Shown here: piece after piece, positions 38,916-49,035 of the stretch
How the letters are laid out: every line of letters starts with the position of its first letter
Numbering within the stretch: the first letter of the stretch is position 1
Program-made: the position numbers and the translations under genes
Source: Acidobacteriota bacterium
Lineage (GTDB): Bacteria; Actinomycetota; Acidimicrobiia; Spongiisociales; UBA11373
Reading direction: 5' to 3'
Assembly: GCA_022571885.1 (NCBI GenBank)
Contig: JACZWZ010000001.1
Span: 156 to 64,155 of the forward strand
DNA length: 64,000 nt
Notes under the pieces: model-generated
What the model was told of the DNA's origin: nothing
What the model saw: only the letters and a program-made list of their open reading frames with translations
Database searches by the model: none

Positions 38916-39108
38916 CCGGCGCCGAGCCCTACGAAACCCTCCGCGCAGCAGCAATCTGACGCTCCTTACGCACCCGGCGCTGCACCCACGGCTCTTCGGC
39001 TAACACCTCATCACAATGTCGGCCGGGTCCCTACCCAGCCGACCGGCGCCGAGCCCTACGAAACCTTCCGCGCAGCAGCAATCTGACGCTCCTTACGCAC
39101 CCGGCGCC
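38916..39108. repeat. 65-nt direct duplication of the whiB 3' terminus (38916-38980 and 39043-39108, 1 mismatch), 62 nt apart
   Basis: ccggcgccgagccctacgaaaccYtccgcgcagcagcaatctgacgctccttacgcacccggcgc occurs twice; the upstream copy overlaps the real whiB C-terminus and stop. The spacer contains the dispersed motif acccacggctcttcggctaacacctcatcac also seen at 34577. Confidence 0.75.
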
Positions 39109-39337
39109 TTTCGCGTTCGGACATCCCGCCCCAGATGCCGAACTTCTCGCCGGTCGTGATTGCGAATTCCAGGCATTCCACCCGAACCTGACACTCGCGA
39201 CAGATCCCCTTGGCCGTCCTCGTCGAGGCGCCGCGCTCGGGGAAAAAGAGATTGGCATTGGCCCCCGTGCAGTTCGCCTTGTCCTGCCACTCGAGGTCGT
39301 AGCCGGTGGCTAAAGCTTGCTTGAGTTGCTCGAGCAT
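39056..39337 (-). CDS. whiB: WhiB-family transcriptional regulator (WhiB1-like)
   Basis: 93 aa; CTGANANLFFPERG...CRECQVRVECLEFA...GIWGG four-Cys WhiB signature and C-terminal basic tail. Confidence 0.85.
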   Translation of the reverse strand: MLEQLKQALATGYDLEWQDKANCTGANANLFFPERGASTRTAKGICRECQVRVECLEFAITTGEKFGIWGGMSERERRRVRKERQIAAARKVS

Positions 39338-39375
39338 TGCAGTTCCTTACACAGCTGTAATTACGGCAGTGACAT

Positions 39376-39600
39376 TATGCGCGCGGAGCGCGCGTGCGTC
39401 AAATGCTTTTCGCATAACAGCTCACTACCGCGCGCGGCCTTATGAGTGGCAGGAGGGAACCTTGACAGTGCGCGCGGAGCGCGCGCACTGTTAGTCCTTA
39501 GCCTTTAGTCGTTAGTCCTTAGGAAAGAAAAGACGAAGACAGGAGACAGCCGACAGCCCCGCCTCTGACCTAATGACTAAGGACTAATGACTAACGCCTC
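39376..39600. promoter_or_regulatory. whiB upstream region with GC-rich palindromes (gcgcgcg gag cgcgcg at 39379; perfect cagtgcgcgcg gag cgcgcgcactg at 39466-39490) and TTAGTCC inverted-arm repeats (39491-39600)
   Basis: Read directly; between the whiB start and sdhB stop. Confidence 0.45.
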
Positions 39601-39615
39601 CGAGCGAAGCGAGGC

Positions 39616-40377
39616 TCAGCGCTGCGCGGCGAGTCTCCCGTTGCGCCACTTGGCCTTGATGTAGTCACGGTTGAGGAGTGCGATGAAGTCGATCGAGATA
39701 TTCTTCGGACACGCTTCCTCACACTCTGCGTGATTGGTGCACGACCCGAAGAAAGACTCCATGGTGTCGACCATGGCTTCGGCTCGGATGTACCGCTCCG
39801 CTTGGCCTTGGGGCAGGAGATTCAGGTGGGCCAACTTGGCGGCAGTAAACAATTGGGCAGCACTGTTCGGACAGGCAGCCACACAGGCGCCGCAGCCAAT
39901 ACACACGGCGGCATCCATCGATGCCTCGGCGGCCTCCTGCGCTATTGGGACAAGATTGGCGTCCGGTGCGCTCCCGGTGTCGACGGTGATGTAACCACCA
40001 GCCTCAACGATCCGATCGAAGGCGCTCCGATCCACCACTAGATCCTTGAGAACCGGAAATCCGGCGGCCCGCCACGGTTCGATGATGATCACCGCCCCAT
40101 CGCGGAACTTTCGCATGTGCAGCTGGCAGGTAGCAGTCCCCTGCTGCGGGCCGTGGGCCTGCCCGTTGATCATCATCCCACAGGCACCGCAGATTCCCTC
40201 TCGGCAGTCGTGCTCGAAGGCGATCGGCTCCCGGTTGTCGAGCGTGAGGCGATCGTTGACGATATCGAGCATCTCGAGGAACGAAGCGTGCGAACTGATG
40301 CCGGGAGCGAAGTACTCCTCGAAAGCTCCCGGACGGTTCGGCCCGTCTTGACGCCAGACGCGAAGTGTTACATCCAC
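39616..40377 (-). CDS. sdhB: succinate dehydrogenase/fumarate reductase iron-sulfur subunit
   Basis: [15 protein letters not shown] 2Fe-2S and [12 protein letters not shown] / CxxxxxCP 4Fe-4S/3Fe-4S cysteine clusters. Confidence 0.85.
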   Translation of the reverse strand: MDVTLRVWRQDGPNRPGAFEEYFAPGISSHASFLEMLDIVNDRLTLDNREPIAFEHDCREGICGACGMMINGQAHGPQQGTATCQLHMRKFRDGAVIIIEPWRAAGFPVLKDLVVDRSAFDRIVEAGGYITVDTGSAPDANLVPIAQEAAEASMDAAVCIGCGACVAACPNSAAQLFTAAKLAHLNLLPQGQAERYIRAEAMVDTMESFFGSCTNHAECEEACPKNISIDFIALLNRDYIKAKWRNGRLAAQR

Positions 40378-42317
40378 TACTTATAGCTCCTCGTCGTCAG
40401 CTCCACATTCTCGAATTCGAGTATCTCCTTGGTGAGGCTTGGCTCGGCACCATCACCCTCGAAGCTCCACGCCGACACGAATGTGAACTCGTCGTCGTTG
40501 CGCTTTGCTTCGCCGTCATCGGTGACGTGTTCCACCCTGAAATGGCCACCGCAGGATTCCTCGCGATGCAGGGCATCTCGGCACATGAGTTCGGCGAGCT
40601 CGAAGTAGTCGGCGACCCGACCGGCCTTCTCCAGCGTCTGGTTCAGAGAATCGCCTTCGCCCATGATCTTGACATCGGCGAAGAACTCCTCCTTGAGCGC
40701 AGGAATCTCACTGATCGCCTTAGTGAGACCTTCGGCACTGCGAGCCATCCCGCAGTGCTCCCAGACGATCTTGCCGAGCTCGCGGTGGAACCAGTCGACG
40801 GTGCGGGAACCGTTGGCGTCCAACAGCCGGTCCATGCGTTTGATGACATCCGTCTCCACCTGCTTGAAAGCAGGCTCGGCGGTAGACATCGGATCGACGC
40901 CGAGCGACTCCGACAGGTACGCCGCGATCGTGTTGGGAAGGATGAAGTAACCGTCGGCGAGAGCCTGCATCAGCGCACTGGCTCCGAGTCGGTTCGCACC
41001 ATGATCCGAGAAGTTGGCCTCACCAATCGAGTACAGGCCGGGGACCGTTGTCATGAGGTTGTAGTCCACCCAGAGGCCACCCATCGTGTAGTGGGGAGCC
41101 GGGTAGATCCGCATCGGCACCTGGTACGGATCTTCATCCGTGATCCGCTGGTACATCTCGAACAAGTTCCCGTACCTTGCCTCTACCGTGTCACGACCCA
41201 GCCGACCGATCGCCTCGGCAAAGTCGAGGTATACCCCGTTTTTCATCGGACCGGCGCCCTTGCCCGAGTCGACTTCCTTCTTGGCAGCACGGGAGGCCAC
41301 ATCGCGCGGAACCAGATTGCCGAAAGCCGGGTACCGCCGTTCCAGGAAGTAGTCGCGCTGATCCTCCGGCACGTCGGCAGCCGGCCGAGCCTCATCGACC
41401 TCGGCCGGGACCCAAATGCGTCCGTCGTTGCGCAGCGACTCCGACATCAAGGTCAACTTCGATTGGAACTCGTCCGCCGCCGGAATGCAGGTCGGGTGGA
41501 TCTGGGTAAAGCAGGGATTGGCGAACAATCCTCCTTTGCGATGGGCTCGCCAGATCGCGGTGCCGTTGCACGCCTTGGCATTGGTCGACAAAAAGTAGGC
41601 GTTCGAATAGCCGCCGGTGGCCAATACCACGGCGTGGGCACTGTGAGAACTGATCTCGCCGGTGAGCATGTCACGTACGACGACACCGACCGCCCGGCCG
41701 TCGGCCACCACAATGTCGAGCATCTCGCATCGGGTGTAGGCGTTCACCGTGCCGGCCTTTATTTGACGCGCCAGCGCTTGATACGCCCCCAGCAACAACT
41801 GCTGACCCGTCTGACCCCTGGCGTAGAAGGTGCGCGATACCTGCGCCCCTCCAAACGAGCGGTTGGCAAGTAGACCGCCGTACTCCCTCCCGAATGGGAC
41901 TCCTTGAGCGGTCGCCTGGTCGATGATCTCGCCACTGACCTGGGCCAGGCGATACACATTGGCCTCCCGGGACCGGTAGTCCCCACCCTTGATGGTGTCG
42001 TAGAACAACCGGTAGTCACTGTCACCGTCGTTCCGGTAGTTCTTGGAAGCATTGATGCCCCCCTGCGCCGCGATGCTGTGAGCGCGTCGATTGCTGTCGT
42101 GATAGGTGAAAGTCCTGACCCGATATCCGAGTTCTCCCATCGTGGCAGCAGCAGCGGCACCGGCCAGGCCCGTGCCGATGACGATCACCTCGAACTTGCG
42201 GCGGTTGGACGGCGCAACCAGTGGGGTCGAGAACCGGTGGGAATCCCACTTCTCGGAGAGAGCGCCCTCAGGGATCTTTGCATCGAGTTGCACTGGTGCC
42301 TCCGACTCAGATCTCAA
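40377..42317 (-). CDS. sdhA: succinate dehydrogenase/fumarate reductase flavoprotein subunit
   Basis: [17 protein letters not shown]-binding; HYTMGG; ...[11 protein letters not shown] active-site region. Confidence 0.85.
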   Translation of the reverse strand: MRSESEAPVQLDAKIPEGALSEKWDSHRFSTPLVAPSNRRKFEVIVIGTGLAGAAAAATMGELGYRVRTFTYHDSNRRAHSIAAQGGINASKNYRNDGDSDYRLFYDTIKGGDYRSREANVYRLAQVSGEIIDQATAQGVPFGREYGGLLANRSFGGAQVSRTFYARGQTGQQLLLGAYQALARQIKAGTVNAYTRCEMLDIVVADGRAVGVVVRDMLTGEISSHSAHAVVLATGGYSNAYFLSTNAKACNGTAIWRAHRKGGLFANPCFTQIHPTCIPAADEFQSKLTLMSESLRNDGRIWVPAEVDEARPAADVPEDQRDYFLERRYPAFGNLVPRDVASRAAKKEVDSGKGAGPMKNGVYLDFAEAIGRLGRDTVEARYGNLFEMYQRITDEDPYQVPMRIYPAPHYTMGGLWVDYNLMTTVPGLYSIGEANFSDHGANRLGASALMQALADGYFILPNTIAAYLSESLGVDPMSTAEPAFKQVETDVIKRMDRLLDANGSRTVDWFHRELGKIVWEHCGMARSAEGLTKAISEIPALKEEFFADVKIMGEGDSLNQTLEKAGRVADYFELAELMCRDALHREESCGGHFRVEHVTDDGEAKRNDDEFTFVSAWSFEGDGAEPSLTKEILEFENVELTTRSYK

Positions 42318-43059
42318 GGATTCCGACTTGCACCGCGATCGGGAACGACAGGTTGACGAGCACGATTGCTGCGGTCAGTCCGGCGGCCAAGCCCTTGCGC
42401 CACCTGTTGAACCGGGGATGGCTGTAGCCGAGGCTCTGAAAGAGGCTCCAGGTGCCGTGATAGATGTGTACACCCAACGCCAGGTTGGCGACGATGTACA
42501 GGATCGCCACGGGAAGGCGCTCGAAGCTGGCGACGAGATTCGCATATACGTCGCCCCGGAAGAACTCGTCCGGCGCCACCGGTGCGGTTCCCCAAGTGAG
42601 GTCTGCCAGATGGAAGACGATGAAGAACAACACCACGGTCCCGGTGAAGCGCATCGAGCGGCTGGCATAGGTCACGGCGACGTAGTCCCGTTGGCGGTAT
42701 CGGCCGCCCCGAGCTTTCCAGTTGGTGTAGGTGAGGCTGTAAGCCGCATGGACGTGCAGCAACGCCGCGCCCAACAGCCCGATCCGCAAAGCCCACAACA
42801 GAGAGGTGCGCGGCACCAGGTCACCACCGAGGTCGCGTAGCGCCTCGCCATAATGATTGAAATCCTCCGGGCCGAAGTAGACCTTGAGGTTGCCGATCAT
42901 GTGCGCCACCACGAATCCGAGCAGTGCGATGCCCGTCAGCGCCATCACCCATTTCTTCCCCACTGCCGATCGGTAGAACTCGATCGGCCATGGATATCGG
43001 CGCCGCGTCGGCGCTTCCTCAGTGGTCGCCACGGACCATCTCCTTGTAAGCCGTCCCAA
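42307..43059 (-). CDS. sdhC: succinate dehydrogenase cytochrome b membrane anchor (single-anchor, 5 TM type)
   Basis: 250 aa, 5 TM, conserved His residues; no separate sdhD, so a three-subunit sdhCAB operon. Confidence 0.7.
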   Translation of the reverse strand: MGRLTRRWSVATTEEAPTRRRYPWPIEFYRSAVGKKWVMALTGIALLGFVVAHMIGNLKVYFGPEDFNHYGEALRDLGGDLVPRTSLLWALRIGLLGAALLHVHAAYSLTYTNWKARGGRYRQRDYVAVTYASRSMRFTGTVVLFFIVFHLADLTWGTAPVAPDEFFRGDVYANLVASFERLPVAILYIVANLALGVHIYHGTWSLFQSLGYSHPRFNRWRKGLAAGLTAAIVLVNLSFPIAVQVGILEI

Positions 43060-43286
43060 TCAGCATTCTCGCGCGTTGCAGAGCACAGAGCGAAGGCCGT
43101 AAGACCCATGAATTCGTTTCCCGTTCCTGACCTGATTTCGTCACACCTGATGCGACGCGCCGGCCGCCATCCGGACGAGCCTTCGTCGAGTCCCCCGATT
43201 CCCGAATGCATCCCGACCATCCGCAGAATTCGGGAAAGGGGAAACGGGAAACGAATTCAGCCCAATCAGCGAATACTCTTCCCCAG

Positions 43287-44165
43287 ATGCGTTCCCTCCC
43301 CCCTGTCATGCCGGCTCTGATCACTCCGTTCACCCGTACCGGTGAACTCGACCTCGAGGCACACCGCCACAACGTCGCACGAATGTGGGATCTCGGGTTG
43401 CGAGGACACCTCATCGCAGGCAGCACCGGGGAAGGCCCCTACCTCGAATCCGGAGAGCGGCGCATCCTCATCGCCGCGGCTCGCGAGGTCTCTCCGCGGT
43501 CCTTCCTCCTGTGCGGGATTCACGCTGAAACGGTTCGCTCTGCGATCGCGGCGATGCACGAGGCCGGTGAAGGCGGCGCCGATGCGGCCCTTGTGGTGAC
43601 CCCGACGACGCTCGTTCGCCACCGGCCCGACCTGATCGAGGCATTCTTCGTCGAGGTCACCGAGGCGGCACAGTTGCCGGTGCTCCTCTACTCGGTGCCG
43701 AAGGTGACTGGTGTCGAACTCGCCGAGTCGAGCGTCGCCTCACTCTCGTCGCATCCACGCATCGTGGGGATGAAGGATTCGGGAGGTGATCCGATCCGTT
43801 CATCCCGCCTGGTGAGAGCAATACCAGACCGTTTCAAATTGTACGTAGGTGCCACCCCCGCCATCAGTCTGTCGATCGCCGGCGGAGCTCACGGCGCCAT
43901 AACCGCCAGCACCAACTACGCCCCGCGGCTGGTTGGCGACACAGTGATCGCAGCGCGTCGATCGTTGCGCGCGGCCGAAACTCTCCAATCCAGGCTTTCG
44001 GTACTGTCGATCGCAATCGAGGGTCACGGCATCCCGGGCGTCAAGTACGCCGCCGGTCGTGCCGGCTTGGCGGCGGGCCACAGCCGCGCTCCCCTCGACT
44101 CACCTTCGCCTGAAGTGAAGCGCTTCGTCCGTCGTGTCATGGCGACGGCGGAGTTGGGGGATTAG
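43287..44165 (+). CDS. dihydrodipicolinate synthase/N-acetylneuraminate lyase family protein (DapA-like)
   Basis: LITPFTRTGELDLEAHRHNV...GSTGEGPYLESGER...GMKDSGGD (Schiff-base Lys region). Start at 43287 or 43308 preferred over 43206. Confidence 0.65.
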   Translation: MRSLPPVMPALITPFTRTGELDLEAHRHNVARMWDLGLRGHLIAGSTGEGPYLESGERRILIAAAREVSPRSFLLCGIHAETVRSAIAAMHEAGEGGADAALVVTPTTLVRHRPDLIEAFFVEVTEAAQLPVLLYSVPKVTGVELAESSVASLSSHPRIVGMKDSGGDPIRSSRLVRAIPDRFKLYVGATPAISLSIAGGAHGAITASTNYAPRLVGDTVIAARRSLRAAETLQSRLSVLSIAIEGHGIPGVKYAAGRAGLAAGHSRAPLDSPSPEVKRFVRRVMATAELGD

Positions 44166-44650
44166 GGATTAGCAATACGCCAGTGCGTAGGCAGGTCCCG
44201 GAGTCGGAGGACCCCCCTCCAACGACCTACGGTCGTTGACTCCCCCTCAAGGGTGTCGGGTTGCGCGATAGGGCCGACGGTTCTGTTCTGAATACTCTCC
44301 CCTTTGGGGGGAGTCAGCGAGCGAAGCGAGCTGGTGGGGGGTACCTGGTCTTCGTCTCCGTCAGGCCAACACGTCTTGTATGTCGTAGTGGCCTTTCACC
44401 GGGTGGTTGCGCCAGGTTGGGTAGCCACTCGATCATGCGTCTTGTGGGTCAGTTCGCCGAGTCGGTGTGTGGTCAGATAGGCAGCGGGATTGCCGCGACT
44501 TGGTGAGTCCCCCCACCAATCGGCCTGCGGCCGATTGACTCCCCCCAGAGGGGAGAGTGATCCAACCAACCGTCGGGCACTAACCGCGACAGATCACCCT
44601 CAAGGGGGGAGTGGTTCCCTATTGCTAATCGCTAATTGCTAATTGCGGGA
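44155..44650. mobile_element. copy A of a repeated structured element of about 500 bp (MITE-like): outer GATTAG/GCAAT arms, 14-bp TIR-like ends (ccccctcaagggtg ... caccctcaaggggg, core 44242-44608), internal GC hairpins
   Basis: Aligns by eye at roughly 90-95% identity with 56745-57290; no conserved ORF between the copies. Confidence 0.7.
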
Positions 44651-44695
44651 GGCGGCGCAGCCGCCGACCTCTTGCGAACAAAGAGGTAGTCTCGG

Positions 44696-45106
44696 ATGAG
44701 AGACGAGAAAGGAAAGGTCTTGGCCCAGTTCCTCACCCAGGATTGGCTGTCGGCGCTCACCGAGGCGGTGAACGCCCACGACGGCTTCAAGAACGCGATC
44801 GCCGAAATCGACCTCACCCTCCAGTTCGAGGTCACAGATGCACCGGAGGCGTCGGAGACCCGCTATTACGTCGCCATAAGCGATGGCTCAGCCGAGGCGG
44901 GAGCCGGTGACGCCGAAGATCCGGATGCCTCGATCACCAACGACTACGAGACGGCCACCGCCATCAGCAAGGGCGACCTCAACACGCAGATGGCGTTCAT
45001 GACCGGCAAGCTCAAGGTCACCGGCAACATGGCAAAGCTCATGATGAATCAGGCGGTGCTCACACAGTTCGCCGAGGCAGCCTCCAGCATCGACGTCGAA
45101 TACTGA
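44696..45106 (+). CDS. SCP2 sterol-carrier-like domain protein
   Basis: 136 aa; LTQDWLSAL...GDLNTQMAFMTGKLKVTGNMAKLMMNQAVL is the SCP2 C-terminal signature. Confidence 0.6.
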   Translation: MRDEKGKVLAQFLTQDWLSALTEAVNAHDGFKNAIAEIDLTLQFEVTDAPEASETRYYVAISDGSAEAGAGDAEDPDASITNDYETATAISKGDLNTQMAFMTGKLKVTGNMAKLMMNQAVLTQFAEAASSIDVEY

Positions 45107-45128
45107 TCGACCGGCTGTCGAGAATTGA

Positions 45129-45156
45129 CAACGGGCGCCCGAATGGGCGCCCGTTG
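45129..45156. terminator. perfect hairpin caacgggcgccc gaat gggcgcccgttg between convergent genes (bidirectional terminator candidate)
   Basis: 12-bp GC stem read directly between the SCP2 gene (+) and hup (-). Confidence 0.6.
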
Positions 45157-45176
45157 TTCGCGTTCGAGAGATCCGG

Positions 45177-45449
45177 CTAGTTGACGGCTTCCTTGAGTGC
45201 CTTGCTGGACTTGAAGGCCGGCGCGTTGCTTGCCTTGATCTGGACCGGCTCACCGGTACGAGGGTTACGCCCCATACGAGCCTCGCGGTGACGGACTTCG
45301 AATGATCCGAAACCGGTGACCTGAATCTTCTCGCCATTGGCAAGGGCTTCAGTGAGTGCCCCGAATACGGCATCGAGCGCGGCGGCGCCCATCGTCTTGT
45401 TGCCGCCGAATGAGGTTCCTACCGCCTCGGCGAGCTCGCTCTTGTTCAT
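45177..45449 (-). CDS. hup: DNA-binding protein HU
   Basis: From internal ATG 45449: MNKSELAEAVG...KIQVTGFGSFEVRHREARMGRNPRTGEPVQIKASNAPAFKSSKALKEAVN canonical HU; upstream 37 codons of the ORF-track call rejected. Confidence 0.85.
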   Translation of the reverse strand: MNKSELAEAVGTSFGGNKTMGAAALDAVFGALTEALANGEKIQVTGFGSFEVRHREARMGRNPRTGEPVQIKASNAPAFKSSKALKEAVN

Positions 45450-45657
45450 ACTTCCACTCCTCCTCGGGGAATAACATCGGTGTAACTCTAACAACACCAG
45501 TTGACGAAATACTAGACATTCGCCAGAAAAACCCTTGAATTTCAACAAGTCGCCGACCAATCGGTTCGATCGACCCCAGATCAGTCACCATCCGGTTCGG
45601 CTCCGGGACCACCCATCGACTCGTGTGTAGAGTGACGCCGCATCGACTCCTGGAGCA

Positions 45658-46536
45658 ATGGTGAGGAAGTTCCTGAAGAACCGGCCGTTGTCGTTGACCG
45701 TCATCGGCATGGCCATCATGGCCCAGTCGATCGCGTGGGAGTACGTTCGAGTCAAACCCACTTTCCGCTTTCTCATCGAGCCCTGGTCGTTTCGCGGCTA
45801 TGAGGTGACTCAGGGAGCCGTGATCGCTGCTACCGCGCTCGTCATTGCCGTTCTCGCCGTCCTGCTCTCGTACGGCATCCTCAAGGAGACCTTGGCACAC
45901 TCGATCATCGCGGTCGCGGTGCTCGTCGGGTTCGGCGTCGCGGTAGCCATCATCACCGATACCAACGATGTGAAGACCCCTTTCATCATCCACGTCTTCC
46001 TTTCGATCGTGGGCGGGATCGTGGTCAGGTCTCTGCTCGAAGATTCCATCCCCGAGTCGTGGAACAGGCGGCGCAGGGCGACTCGGATCGGAATCTGGCT
46101 GGCCGGATTCCTGGTGACCCTGTTCGCGATCACAGGTCCTCTCCTCAAGAACGAGCAGCCGCTCTGGGTGTTGGTCGCGGTAGCCGGGTCGATCATCGGC
46201 GCGCTCGCCCTCTCCCGGCCTCCGCGGGCACTCGCTGGTTGGCGCATGGTGATCAACGGAATAGTGGCCATATGGGTGATATCGATGACCATGTCTGCGG
46301 CGTTGCGGGTGACGCTCGATCAAGCCCAACTCGACCGCACCGGCCTGGCAGCAGAAATCAAGAACCTCCAGATCACCTCCGGGGTGATGTGGGCATGGTT
46401 CGGCGGGCTGGTCGCATTCGTCGGGGCCGTCGGCCTGTGGGCACAACGTCGCGACGAGATCATCGCCGTCGAACGTGCCCGCAAACAACAGGAAGCCGCT
46501 CGCCAATCCGAGTCTCAGCTATCGGTCACCGGCTGA
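45658..46536 (+). CDS. hypothetical polytopic membrane protein
   Basis: Seven or more hydrophobic segments; no motif recognised. Confidence 0.5.
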   Translation: MVRKFLKNRPLSLTVIGMAIMAQSIAWEYVRVKPTFRFLIEPWSFRGYEVTQGAVIAATALVIAVLAVLLSYGILKETLAHSIIAVAVLVGFGVAVAIITDTNDVKTPFIIHVFLSIVGGIVVRSLLEDSIPESWNRRRRATRIGIWLAGFLVTLFAITGPLLKNEQPLWVLVAVAGSIIGALALSRPPRALAGWRMVINGIVAIWVISMTMSAALRVTLDQAQLDRTGLAAEIKNLQITSGVMWAWFGGLVAFVGAVGLWAQRRDEIIAVERARKQQEAARQSESQLSVTG

Positions 46537-46658
46537 CCCGGCCGGCATCTCGGCCTAATCCAAGGGAATTCCACCGGGCGACTGAGGGCCTGGCGCCAAC
46601 CATCTCGGGAAGAACGCTGCGGGCGGATCGGCCCGCACGCCACCGATTGCAGGCTCCC

Positions 46659-47594
46659 TCAAACATCTAGAGAGTGGAGTTCCTCCACCTTCTCCTGCAC
46701 CGCGGCCGCGGCCGCACGCAGCTCCATCAGCTCGTCGTCGGTGAGATCCAACTCGGTTATCGCGGTAACACCTCCGGCTCCGACCTTCGCCGGAACCCCC
46801 AGATAGACGTCGCTGATGCCGTACTCGCCGCCGGTCCAAGCGCACACCGGCATCTGCTCATTGGAGTCCTTCAGCACCGCTCGCACCATCTTTGCTGCAG
46901 CAGCTGAAGGTGCGTAGTAGGCGCTTCCGGTCTTGAGCAGGCTCACGATCTCCGCCCCACCGTTGCGCGTCCGTTCGACGAGTTCCTCTATCTCTTGGGC
47001 GTCGAGGACTTCGGTAAGAGGCTTGCCTGCGACCCAGCACTGGGACGGGATGGGCACCATCGTTGCCCCGTGGCTGCCGAGCGTGAGTGCCTCCACTTCG
47101 AGGATGTCGGCACCGGTCCTCTCTGCAATGAAGTGGGTGAAACGAGCGGTGTCGAGGTTGCCTGCCTGCCCCATGACCCGCGCCTTGGCAAAGCCCGACA
47201 CCTCGGCGGCAAGCGTCGTCATGTGATCGAGCGGATTGGTGACTATGACGAGGACAGCATCCGGCGATGCGGTGGCGATCTGCTCGGTCACGTCCTTGAC
47301 GATCTTGGCATTGACCTCGAGCAGGTCCATCCGGCTCATCCCCGGTTTGCGGGGCAACCCGGCGGTGATCACGACGACGTCGCTGCCGGCTGTGTCGACA
47401 TAGTCGTTGGTGCCGATCACCTTGGTCCGGTAGCGCTCGACCGAACGTGACTGGTTCATGTCGAGTGCCAAACCTTGCGGAAGACCCTCAACGATGTCGA
47501 TCATCACGACCTCGTCTGCGAGATCGGCGCCGGCCAGTCGCTGAACGGTGGTCGACCCGTATTTGCCGGCGCCGACAACGGTGATCTTGCTCAC
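46659..47594 (-). CDS. mdh: malate dehydrogenase (LDH-like MDH family)
   Basis: From GTG 47594 with RBS: (M)SKITVVGAGKYGSTT Rossmann; ...ITAGLPRKPGMSRMDLL; catalytic His/Arg context. Confidence 0.8.
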   Translation of the reverse strand: MSKITVVGAGKYGSTTVQRLAGADLADEVVMIDIVEGLPQGLALDMNQSRSVERYRTKVIGTNDYVDTAGSDVVVITAGLPRKPGMSRMDLLEVNAKIVKDVTEQIATASPDAVLVIVTNPLDHMTTLAAEVSGFAKARVMGQAGNLDTARFTHFIAERTGADILEVEALTLGSHGATMVPIPSQCWVAGKPLTEVLDAQEIEELVERTRNGGAEIVSLLKTGSAYYAPSAAAAKMVRAVLKDSNEQMPVCAWTGGEYGISDVYLGVPAKVGAGGVTAITELDLTDDELMELRAAAAAVQEKVEELHSLDV

Positions 47595-47659
47595 TTGACC
47601 TCCAGTGGTGTGTTGATCTGACGTTAGTGAGGCATTGCAATGAGAAATCAGGGGCGAAA

Positions 47660-47725
47660 GCACCCAGTACCCAGTACCTCGGAGGCTCCTTCTACTGGTT
47701 ACTGGCTACTGGCTACTGGCTACCC
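47660..47725. repeat. (CCAGTAC)x2 ... (TACTGGY)x5 heptamer array, same family as 18955-19040
   Basis: cagtacccagtacc...ctactggttactggctactggctactggctaccc read directly between the mdh start and icd stop. Confidence 0.8.
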
Positions 47726-47733
47726 TTACCGGT

Positions 47734-48936
47734 TCAGAGCCGCTCAATGACCGCGTCGGCGAATTCGCTGGTCTTGACCTCGGTTGCATCGTCCATGAGT
47801 CGGGCAAAGTCGTAGGTGACTATCCGGTCTCCGATGGCAGCCTCTATCGCGGCCTCGATGCGGTCCGCCGCCTCGATCCATCCCATGTAGCGCAGCATCA
47901 ACATCCCGCTCAGCGTCAATGAACCCGGATTCACCTTGTCCTGACCCGTGTATTTGGGTGCGGTGCCATGGGTAGCTTCGAACACGGCGTGACCAGTCTC
48001 GTAGTTGATGTTTCCTCCGGGAGCTATACCGATACCGCCGACCTGAGCCGCCAGAGCGTCGCTGATGTAATCCCCGTTGAGGTTCATCGTTGCGATGACG
48101 TCGTAGTTTTCGGCTCGGGTGAGGATCTGCTGCAAGAAGGCATCGGCGATTACATCCTGGATCAACATCCTGTCGCCCGGGTCCCCACCGCTCTCCTCCC
48201 ACGACACGGTCCGATCCCCAAATTCATCCTTGGCCAATTCGTAACCCCACTCCCGAAAAGCACCTTCGGTGAACTTCATGATGTTCCCCTTGTGCACCAG
48301 CGTGACGTTGTTGCGGCCGTTGTCCAGAGCAAACTTGATCGCCGCTCGGATGAGCCGCTTCGAACCTGTCTCAGAAATCGGCTTGATCCCGATTCCGCTG
48401 TCCGACCGGATCTCCCAGCCGTACTCGGATTTGAGGAATTCGAGCAGCTTTCTCGCCTCGGCGCTGCCGGCGCGCAACTCCTTGCCCGCATAGACATCCT
48501 CGGTGTTCTCGCGATAGATGACCATGTCGATCCTCTCGGGGTGCTTGACCGGAGAAGGGACCCCCTGATACCAGCGAATCGGTCGCACGCAGGCATAGAG
48601 GTCCATGATCTGGCGGATGGCGACGTTGAGGCTTCGAATTCCGCCACCGACCGGCGTGGTGAGCGGACCCTTGATCCCAACGATGTGCGACTCGAGACTC
48701 TCGATGGTGTCGGTGGGAAGCCACTCACCCGTCTCGTCGAACGCCTTCTGGCCGGCCAGCACTTCCGTCCAAGTGATAGTTCGGGTGCCTCCGTACGCCG
48801 CGTCGACGGCGGCATCGAAAATGCGGTGGGACGCAGACCAGATATCGGGTCCTATCCCATCGCCTTCGATGAAGGGAATGATCGGCTCATCCGGAACCTG
48901 GAGCCCATCGGGACCCATCGTGATCTTGTCGGCCAT
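47734..48936 (-). CDS. icd: NADP-dependent isocitrate dehydrogenase (dimeric type)
   Basis: From [33 protein letters not shown]...; [10 protein letters not shown]. Start at 48936. Confidence 0.9.
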   Translation of the reverse strand: MADKITMGPDGLQVPDEPIIPFIEGDGIGPDIWSASHRIFDAAVDAAYGGTRTITWTEVLAGQKAFDETGEWLPTDTIESLESHIVGIKGPLTTPVGGGIRSLNVAIRQIMDLYACVRPIRWYQGVPSPVKHPERIDMVIYRENTEDVYAGKELRAGSAEARKLLEFLKSEYGWEIRSDSGIGIKPISETGSKRLIRAAIKFALDNGRNNVTLVHKGNIMKFTEGAFREWGYELAKDEFGDRTVSWEESGGDPGDRMLIQDVIADAFLQQILTRAENYDVIATMNLNGDYISDALAAQVGGIGIAPGGNINYETGHAVFEATHGTAPKYTGQDKVNPGSLTLSGMLMLRYMGWIEAADRIEAAIEAAIGDRIVTYDFARLMDDATEVKTSEFADAVIERL

Positions 48937-49035
48937 CTTCGCTCCTAGGAGTGGTGTGCGGAGGTGATTATCGCGGAATGGGACTGCCGGATAGCAATTG
49001 GCGACTGTTGCTGACCCGGAAACTGGAGTCCCCAC

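Noticed and set aside
39338-39615. Possible riboswitch upstream of whiB or a cobalamin riboswitch upstream of the B12-binding gene (52166-52338)
   Set aside because: No B12-box or other recognisable riboswitch core; regions are dominated by palindromes and heptamer repeats.
44261-44506. 81-aa ORF inside structured-element copy A
   Set aside because: Not conserved in copy B (only minus-strand ORFs there); Gly/Arg-rich; the element is better explained as non-coding.
44155-44650. Possibility that the 500-bp element is RNase P RNA, tmRNA, SRP or 6S RNA
   Set aside because: No GGAAAGTCCGG/P4 RNase P blocks, no tag-peptide reading frame or tRNA-like ends, and the presence of two diverged copies with TIRs is atypical for those genes.
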